49,560 nt of DNA, taken from the IMG/VR virus record IMGVR_UViG_3300025289_000006; one strand, given 5' to 3'. Source of the stretch: a virus. Numbering within the stretch: position 1 is the stretch's first letter; the number at the start of each line of letters is the position of its first letter. Below the pieces are notes generated by a model. The model was not told the DNA's origin, searched no databases, and saw only the letters and a program-made list of their open reading frames with translations. Below, piece after piece: positions 43,620 to 49,560 of this stretch. The translations under genes were made by a program, and so were the position numbers.

Positions 43620-43919
43620 ATGAATGAGTTCCTACAGCTCATCAGCAACGCCTCAGGGGCTGGACTAGCCCTAGGCGGATTCATTGCCTATACCATGTGG
43701 CGGCAGAAACGGGGGAATGGGTTCTCTTCCACCGACCGGGAGCATTTAACCATCGTCTCCCATGCCACCAAGAAGATGTGCGAAGCCTTGGAGAAGCACG
43801 ATCTCCGCGCGGTAGAGGCGATCGTCAAGATGGCGGATTCGTCTGCTAAGGACACGGAGATCCTGAGAGAGATCCGTGACATGAGGCTAGAAATGGCCAG
43901 AATGGGGAAGGTGGAGTAA
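43620..43919 (+). CDS. N-terminally membrane-anchored coiled-coil protein, 99 aa
   Basis: TM GAGLALGGFIAYTMW followed by a charged helical tail. GAGGTG RBS. Confidence 0.5.
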   Translation: MNEFLQLISNASGAGLALGGFIAYTMWRQKRGNGFSSTDREHLTIVSHATKKMCEALEKHDLRAVEAIVKMADSSAKDTEILREIRDMRLEMARMGKVE

Positions 43920-44440
43920 TGCCGCTCAACATCGCATGCTTCGACATAGAATCGACCAGTCTCAACGCCAGCTTCGGTCGGCTCTTGTGTGCGTGCTTCA
44001 AGTTCCAGGGCGAGGAGGAGGTCCGTATCTACGAAGCCTTCAAGCTGCGGGACGAGGAGAAGTGTCTACGCGATATCCGTAAGATGTGGGATAGCGTAGA
44101 CATCCTCGCCACCTGGTACGGCAAGCGATTCGACGTGCGGTTCCTGGATGCCAAGGCCACCAGGTATGGAATCGCGCCATTCTTCGGGAAGATGCACATT
44201 GACATGAAGTTCACGCACGCTCACAGATGCGCGACGGCAGGGCACTCGTTGGCCGCTGTGAGCGAAGACCTGCGGACCAAGAACCGCAAGTACGATGTCC
44301 CCCGTGAGATGTGGCAGGCCGCGGCTGACGGGGATAAGAAGGCGTTCCGTGAGATCGTGCTGCACTGCCAACAAGACGTGCTAGTATTAGAAGAGGTACT
44401 AGACAGGACCAAGCAACTCCTGGTCCACATTACGAGGTAG
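43919..44440 (+). CDS. DEDD-family 3'-5' exonuclease (RNase H-like fold)
   Basis: IACFDIESTS is Exo I, WYGKRFDVRFL is Exo II, and LHCQQDVLVLEEVL is Exo III-like. Confidence 0.6.
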   Translation: MPLNIACFDIESTSLNASFGRLLCACFKFQGEEEVRIYEAFKLRDEEKCLRDIRKMWDSVDILATWYGKRFDVRFLDAKATRYGIAPFFGKMHIDMKFTHAHRCATAGHSLAAVSEDLRTKNRKYDVPREMWQAAADGDKKAFREIVLHCQQDVLVLEEVLDRTKQLLVHITR

Positions 44441-44443
44441 GCG

Positions 44444-44533
44444 ATGTCGGTCGTGATGCTAGTGCTACTAGGTGCGGCTGCCCTGGCCATGGTAACTCTC
44501 TCTGACCTGCGTCGTAAGAGGCGGAGATGGTAG
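44444..44533 (+). CDS. 29-aa TM peptide with an Arg-rich tail
   Basis: MSVVMLVLLGAALAMVTLSDLRRKRRRW. GAGGT RBS. Starts 3 nt after the previous stop. Confidence 0.4.
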   Translation: MSVVMLVLLGAAALAMVTLSDLRRKRRRW

Positions 44534-44626
44534 GTAGGGCTTCCTGGGAGGAGGACCGGGAATGTTCCGAGCTGGGCGAGGACTGTCCAGCGTGGACTAA
44601 TCATAAGCACCGACGTAGGAGATCGC

Positions 44627-45322
44627 ATGTTACGACGTAGCGTGAAGTTGCTGGCCTTGGGCGTGGCTGGGCTGGTACTGCTAGCCACAGGCGCGGGGCT
44701 ACAACAGGGCTGTAACAAGCGAGAGGTCGATGCGCTCAAGTCCGCCCAGGCCAAGGTGGAGATGGCGGCAGCCGGTTACCGAGACGCCCTTGTGGTGAAG
44801 GAGAAGGAGCTAGCGAAGCGGATGGAGCTACCCCCCGCTGCCATCGAGGCCGGCGTCAAGCCTGTCGTCCTGACCCGTACCATCACCAAGACCGTCCAGG
44901 TAGAGGTACCCATCACCACGATCATCCCGTGTGACTCACCCGCCGTCCGTGTGGACGTGCCTGTAGGTACGCGCCCCACCGGGCCTGTGCAGGTGATGGG
45001 GATGTCAGCGGAGACCTACTTCTCGCTGGCCATCCTCCCCAACGGCCAGCCGAAGTACAAGACCTCGGTGTTCGTGAGTCTATCTGGCGAGGAGTGGGAG
45101 CAGCGGATCGAGCTGGAGCCAGAGCACGTCAAGGACGAGGTTCAATTCAGCAACGACGCGCAGTTGGCATTTCGCGCGTGGGTGGATAGGCCAGTCCGGT
45201 TCGCTGTCATGCCCCGGCCACTTCGACACTCACGGCTAGGCTGGACCGTGGGGGTCGATCCTATCCGCAGCACAGTCGATACGACGTTCGCCGTAGCCGC
45301 AGTCTGGGGGATACAGTTCTAG
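44627..45322 (+). CDS. Putative lipoprotein or outer-membrane-targeted protein, 231 aa
   Basis: Signal peptide LLALGVAGLVLLATGAGLQQGC with a lipobox-like Cys. The C-terminus AVAAVWGIQF ends in Phe, like OMP beta-signals. Confidence 0.45.
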   Translation: MLRRSVKLLALGVAGLVLLATGAGLQQGCNKREVDALKSAQAKVEMAAAGYRDALVVKEKELAKRMELPPAAIEAGVKPVVLTRTITKTVQVEVPITTIIPCDSPAVRVDVPVGTRPTGPVQVMGMSAETYFSLAILPNGQPKYKTSVFVSLSGEEWEQRIELEPEHVKDEVQFSNDAQLAFRAWVDRPVRFAVMPRPLRHSRLGWTVGVDPIRSTVDTTFAVAAVWGIQF

Positions 45323-46995
45323 TGCGTACCGGCGGTCTCACTCTCTCGCTCACGAACCTCGGGCAGGGGACTGTCATGCTCGATCCGCCCTCGGAGGCGT
45401 TGCTGCCCCGTGAGCTGCGTGTGTCTGGTCCTGCCACACCCCGAACCGAGAACTGCCGGCTCGTGAACAACCTGGCCCAGCCCCGGTTAGGCTCCATCGC
45501 ATTCAGGACATTCGTAGGTGCGAGCCCGGTGAATGGCCTGTTCCTGGCGCATTTCGATGACGGCGTGACCGAGGCTATCCGAGGGGACAGCACGACGGTA
45601 CGGTATGACGACGGCGTGACTTGGACGAGTCTTGTCGGTGGCCAGACCGGCACCGCCAACGACACCTGGGCATTCGCTATGGTGAGGCTAGCCGGGGGAG
45701 TCACCAAGGCTAACCAACTTATCTTCTGCAACGGTGTGAATGATGTCTACAAGTATACCGGTGGGGGAACAGCGGCCACCACGATGGCGTCTGTAGCCGC
45801 CAAGTTGAGGGGTGCCAAGGCTCTCATAGGTCATCGAGGGCGGGGACTATACTTCAACGTGATCGACCTGACTCTCGCAGGCACGCCCCGAAAGTTCCAA
45901 CGTGTCTACTACTCGATCGTCGGCAACCCCGAGACGCTCACAGGAACGGGCAGTGGGGTTCTCGACCTCGACGACGATGCGTTCCCTATCGTCAACGCGG
46001 TCAAGATAGGCGGGAACATCTGCGTGTTCAAAGGCGATGCAGTCGGCGGCTCGATCGCGGTGGGGACGCCGACAGGAGTAGTCCAGTCTCCCTATCGCTG
46101 GGACACTATCGACACGGATGGTATCGGGCTGCTCTGCCCTCGCACGCTCACCCAGGTCACCCCTGACCTATACTTCTTCGTGGGACATGACGGCTTCTAC
46201 CTCTACGATGGCGGGAGGGGGCTGTTGCCAGTTGCGAACGAGTCTACCTTGACCCTGGTCCCGCGAATCACGCCTACATCACTAACGCTCGCGCACTCTT
46301 ACTACGATGCCGGCCAGCACGAGATCCATCTCTTCTTGCCGCTCGATGGCGCGGTCTACCCCACCGAGGAGTGGGTGTTCAACGTGCGGGAGCGAAGGCT
46401 GTATGGACCATATCTGTACGGCACGCCGATCACCGCGGCCACGCCGTTCGCCACGACCGGGACACTCACGTGGACTAGCTTGGGTGTGTATGGCACGTGG
46501 ACCAACCTGCCATTCTCCACCTGGTCCTCCATGCTAGGGTCGGCATCTGGCCGGACGATTGTCATCGGTACCAGCGGTGGCGCGACCCGGCACATCGACG
46601 GCTCTGCGACGACCGACGCGGGTGCGCCTATCGGGGCTACGTACTACACTGCTGCTATCGCTCCCGGTGACCTCACCTCCGCCACCGGTAAGCCGCTCGA
46701 CTCACATACGACATTGGTGTTACAAGATGTACATGTCATCTTCAAGAACGTCGGCTCGTGGGTGCCGACAGTAGGGGTGTCTACCGATGGTGGGATGACA
46801 TGGCTGAACATCAGCACGGGTGGTAGTGTAGGCGGAGGGACGAGTATCGGTCGCATTGTAACCAAGACCTACACGACTGTACTCCCGGGCACCTGGTTCC
46901 AGGTACGAGTGTCGAACGGTAATAGCAACAACATGCAGATATGGGGACTCCGGCTGGAGTTCTCTATCGCAGGGAGTGGGCAAGCGAATGTCTAA
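45322..46995 (+). CDS. Tail structural protein (tubular/nozzle candidate), 557 aa
   Basis: Large beta-rich ORF between the fibre region and the internal proteins. GTG start overlapping the upstream TAG. Confidence 0.4.
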   Translation: MRTGGLTLSLTNLGQGTVMLDPPSEALLPRELRVSGPATPRTENCRLVNNLAQPRLGSIAFRTFVGASPVNGLFLAHFDDGVTEAIRGDSTTVRYDDGVTWTSLVGGQTGTANDTWAFAMVRLAGGVTKANQLIFCNGVNDVYKYTGGGTAATTMASVAAKLRGAKALIGHRGRGLYFNVIDLTLAGTPRKFQRVYYSIVGNPETLTGTGSGVLDLDDDAFPIVNAVKIGGNICVFKGDAVGGSIAVGTPTGVVQSPYRWDTIDTDGIGLLCPRTLTQVTPDLYFFVGHDGFYLYDGGRGLLPVANESTLTLVPRITPTSLTLAHSYYDAGQHEIHLFLPLDGAVYPTEEWVFNVRERRLYGPYLYGTPITAATPFATTGTLTWTSLGVYGTWTNLPFSTWSSMLGSASGRTIVIGTSGGATRHIDGSATTDAGAPIGATYYTAAIAPGDLTSATGKPLDSHTTLVLQDVHVIFKNVGSWVPTVGVSTDGGMTWLNISTGGSVGGGTSIGRIVTKTYTTVLPGTWFQVRVSNGNSNNMQIWGLRLEFSIAGSGQANV

Positions 46996-47266
46996 GATGA
47001 GACCCAATCTACCTAATCTACCTGGCGTATGGCTGGCGATTCTGACCAGTGCCGTGTCGGTCACAGGATATCGGTGGTTAGCCATGACACAGACACCAGT
47101 CCAGACGCCATCCTCCGCCTCCATCTGTAGCGTCTCGCTGGAATGCGATCAGTGTCACAGTACATTCAGCTCGTGTGTGGACTGTGCGTTTGGACGGTAT
47201 CTGCGTAGTGGCGATGGCAGGAAGCTAGTACGTGCAGTTCGGGCGTGTGAGGCGAAGGTTGAGTAG
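46988..47266 (+). CDS. Membrane-anchored Cys-rich protein, about 90 aa
   Basis: TM VWLAILTSAVSVTGY followed by CSVSLECDQCHSTFSSCVDC. The start is either 46988 or 46997. Confidence 0.45.
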   Translation: MSKMRPNLPNLPGVWLAILTSAVSVTGYRWLAMTQTPVQTPSSASICSVSLECDQCHSTFSSCVDCAFGRYLRSGDGRKLVRAVRACEAKVE

Positions 47267-47306
47267 GATACTATGTAAGTTGGGATTCCACCTCTGGGAG
47301 GAGACT

Positions 47307-47408
47307 GTGGTCTACTTTGCTCGTGTACGGCGGGTATGTATCCGCCCGAGATGTTTCGCGTGTGACGAGCTAGGCCATGACCGCTGGTTGAGGGTGTACC
47401 GTGGCTAA
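47307..47408 (+). CDS. 33-aa zinc-knuckle-like micro-protein
   Basis: GTG after a GGGAGGAG RBS. CIRPRCFACDELGH. The stop overlaps the next GTG start. Confidence 0.3.
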   Translation: MVYFARVRRVCIRPRCFACDELGHDRWLRVYRG

Positions 47409-47922
47409 GATTCCAGGTCTACGCATAGTCGCGCCGAATGATGTCGAGGAGCACAAGATACTTGCCGCGAAGGTGAGTCATGTAGAAGACTTCTGGCCCG
47501 ACGAGAACAAGGTCTATCAGAACCCCGGCCAGTGGTATATCAGCCAGTTCTGTAATCCCATGAATCTAGTCTTCGACCTGGAGGACGGGAAGGGGATGCT
47601 CGCGTTCCTGTACACTGTCCCCGGCTGGAGAGCGCAGGTATTCACTGCGAAGTGGGATACCACGCAGGAGTTTGCACCTGAGTCTCGTGTGCGAGCCCTC
47701 TGGGAGGCCGCAGCCCGAGTCGCCATTCTTACCAATGACCTCCTCGTGATCGACGGGTTCGTTCGCACGACCAACGAGGCAGCTCAGAGTCTGGCGGAGC
47801 GCATGGGGATGGTGCGTAGAGGTCTCATCCGGGGTCAGGTACACTATAATGGTATCGCCGAGGATACCTACTGGTACGAGATCCACCGGGATGATCTAGG
47901 CATCCCCCAAGAGGGTAGCTAG
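47401..47922 (+). CDS. GNAT-like (RimJ/RimL-type) acetyltransferase-fold protein
   Basis: LLVIDGFVRTTNEAAQSLAERMGMVRRGLIRGQVHYNGIAEDTYWYEI matches the C-terminal half of the GNAT fold (N..A...E..GF...G......G...D). An acetyl-CoA loop is not obvious. Confidence 0.5.
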   Translation: MAKIPGLRIVAPNDVEEHKILAAKVSHVEDFWPDENKVYQNPGQWYISQFCNPMNLVFDLEDGKGMLAFLYTVPGWRAQVFTAKWDTTQEFAPESRVRALWEAAARVAILTNDLLVIDGFVRTTNEAAQSLAERMGMVRRGLIRGQVHYNGIAEDTYWYEIHRDDLGIPQEGS

Positions 47923-48714
47923 ATGGGTTGGGCTGCTGCCGCACCGTATGTCATCCCTATCGCCACCTCCCTCGTGGGTGGGATGATGGGCGGCAAGGGT
48001 GGACGGCGTAACCCTTCGCCTCAGCTCCCTGCCGGGCTCGAATCCCTCCTCAACATCTTCAGCCAGACAGCAGGACGGGGGTTGGAGAACCTGGATTTCA
48101 GTGGCTTCACGCCGGGCGCGGGGTACCAGGCTGACGTGGGACAGCAGGCGCTCCTCAGCTCACTCATGCCACAGTTGGGCGGCGTAGGGAGCGCGTTTGG
48201 ACAGGGGTTGACGGGCCTGACCGAAGGCGCGGCGACCGGATATCTCCCTAACTTCACAGGCCAGATCGAATCCTACCTTCGACCCGGGCTGGAGCGTAGC
48301 TTCGAGCGTGGCGCGGCGGGGCTACGCGAGCAGGGTGCGTTCACAGGCACCTTGAGTGGCTCGAACATGCTCGAACAGCTCAGTAACCTGAGAGGTGGGT
48401 TAGAGGCCGGGCTAGGCGAGAACATGGCGAACATCTACGGCGGCGCGTTGCCAGCGGCGATCTCAGCGCGGAGTGCGGCCGTGGGACAGTCGTTGGGGTT
48501 ACCTGGTCAGATGCTTGGCGCACTCGAAGGTCCCATTGGCCAGACCCTCCAAGGCTCACAGTTCCAACAGGCGTTCCCCCTCCAGGCCATCCAGGGCGCG
48601 GCAGGTGGGATCTCCGGCCTGCCCTTCTACCAGCCTAGCTACCGCCCTGGCAAGAGTAGCATGATGGGGCAGGGGTTGATGGCAGCGGCGCCGGCTATGG
48701 GCGGCAAAAAGTAA
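47923..48714 (+). CDS. Internal virion protein candidate, 263 aa
   Basis: N-terminal TM APYVIPIATSLVGGMMGG. Gly/Gln/Leu-rich. First of the 263/395/1423-aa triad. Confidence 0.45.
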   Translation: MGWAAAAPYVIPIATSLVGGMMGGKGGRRNPSPQLPAGLESLLNIFSQTAGRGLENLDFSGFTPGAGYQADVGQQALLSSLMPQLGGVGSAFGQGLTGLTEGAATGYLPNFTGQIESYLRPGLERSFERGAAGLREQGAFTGTLSGSNMLEQLSNLRGGLEAGLGENMANIYGGALPAAISARSAAVGQSLGLPGQMLGALEGPIGQTLQGSQFQQAFPLQAIQGAAGGISGLPFYQPSYRPGKSSMMGQGLMAAAPAMGGKK

Positions 48715-49560
48715 ATGCCCATCTACTACCCCCCTCTCGGCCCCGGCGAATCCTACGGCCCTGACTTCTACGGTCAGATCGGGCCGCAGCTAGCTGACTC
48801 CATCACCCGCGGGCTAGAGCTGCGCCGCCAGCAGAAGGAAAAGGAACAGCAGAAGCGCCGCGAGGATGCTGCGAGTCGTCTCCAGCTCATCCTCAAGGGT
48901 GCCGAGCTATCCAAGGATCAACAGGAGGCACTCATCAACGGCGTGCAGGCTGACCCTGAGCTACGTTCCATCCTAGGCCCTGTCCTGGGCGGTCTCCCCC
49001 AGGAGACCCTGCCCCCCACCGTCACCCCCGACGTGACCCGCGAAATGGGGATTGCTGTCGCACCTGGCAGGACTCGCAAGACCATCACCCGCGAGGAGCC
49101 CCCCAGCGTGCTCCGCGAGCAGGCAGCGACGGCGTCTAGCCTCGCCCAGACCGAGCTGACCAAGGAGCAACTCGCCGCTGCCAAGGTCAAGCCGAAGACT
49201 GCCGCAGCCGAGGCCACGGCCATGTTGGATGCTGTCTCCGCTATCGAACAGAAGACAGGTATCAAGTATAGTGATGACGAGAAGAAGCGCATCGCCATCG
49301 AGGGGAAGCTCCCCGAGGCAGCTAGTGGCCGTGATCTCATCCAGACGATCAACACCTTACAAGGCATGGCTGTGGAGGCGGGCACTCGCGGCACCGACAT
49401 CTCCGACTCGCAGCAGGCGTTGGGGGCCTCAGTCGGCCTCGACATGCGAGCTATCGCCGCCGCTGCGGGCAAGACCAAGGCCAAGGAGTTCGCCGCTATC
49501 CACGAGAAGGGCCAGCCCACGCCTATCGAGGTTGACCTCGGGCAGCTCGGTATCGCCAAC
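48715..49560 (+). CDS. N-terminal part of junction-spanning virion protein (continues at 1..441)
   Basis: ATG 48715 directly follows TAA 48712-14. I translated it with no stop through nt 49560. It is absent from the track because it has no stop inside the window. Confidence 0.7.
   Translation, partial: MPIYYPPLGPGESYGPDFYGQIGPQLADSITRGLELRRQQKEKEQQKRREDAASRLQLILKGAELSKDQQEALINGVQADPELRSILGPVLGGLPQETLPPTVTPDVTREMGIAVAPGRTRKTITREEPPSVLREQAATASSLAQTELTKEQLAAAKVKPKTAAAEATAMLDAVSAIEQKTGIKYSDDEKKRIAIEGKLPEAASGRDLIQTINTLQGMAVEAGTRGTDISDSQQALGASVGLDMRAIAAAAGKTKAKEFAAIHEKGQPTPIEVDLGQLGIAN
49462..49560. repeat. Terminal direct repeat, exact copy of 1-99
   Basis: See the first feature. Confidence 0.95.

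Overview
The window is a complete, circularly closed high-GC dsDNA tailed-phage genome of about 49.46 kb. Nt 1-99 are identical to 49462-49560, and one ORF (48715 through the end to 441) runs in phase across the junction. The gene set looks podovirus-like: no tail tube, sheath or tape-measure genes were recognised.

Two arms diverge from a repeat-dense control region of about 650 bp (23355-24000).
- The minus-strand arm runs from 23288 down to 4657 and carries early, replication and lysis genes.
  - It has many small ORFs chained by ATGA/GTGA overlaps.
  - It encodes a P-loop ATPase, an HTH regulator, an HNH endonuclease and a degenerate LAGLIDADG-like ORF.
  - It encodes a Cas4-like PD-(D/E)XK nuclease, a UDG-like/3'-5' exo/family A DNA polymerase split into two ORFs, and a DUF3987-like P-loop helicase candidate.
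  - It ends with a SleB-type endolysin and membrane proteins.
- The plus-strand arm runs from 24001 across the junction to 4712.
  - It starts with a 1.9-kb small-gene cassette, followed by an HTH/small-terminase candidate, TerL and portal.
  - Head genes follow: a GroES-like protein, scaffold, major capsid and a tandem family of small beta-rich paralogs.
  - Tail genes include a 1255-aa Gly-rich fibre.
  - Then come an accessory island with a DEDD exonuclease and a lipoprotein, a GNAT-like protein, and three internal-virion-like proteins of 263, 395 and 1423 aa.

I saw no tRNA, rRNA, CRISPR array, integrase, RNA polymerase, reverse transcriptase or recognisable primase. All functional calls rest on by-eye motif recognition, gene order and start/RBS context; no database search or HMM was run.

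Best candidates for something new:
1. The symmetric iteron/palindrome control region.
2. Two identical 18-nt sigma54-like (-24/-12) elements facing each other across convergent small-gene operons.
3. The in-frame but stop-interrupted split of the UDG-exo-PolA gene just before motif A.
4. A four- to five-member tandem paralog family in the virion module.
5. Non-structural islands (exonuclease, lipoprotein, GNAT) embedded in the late operon.
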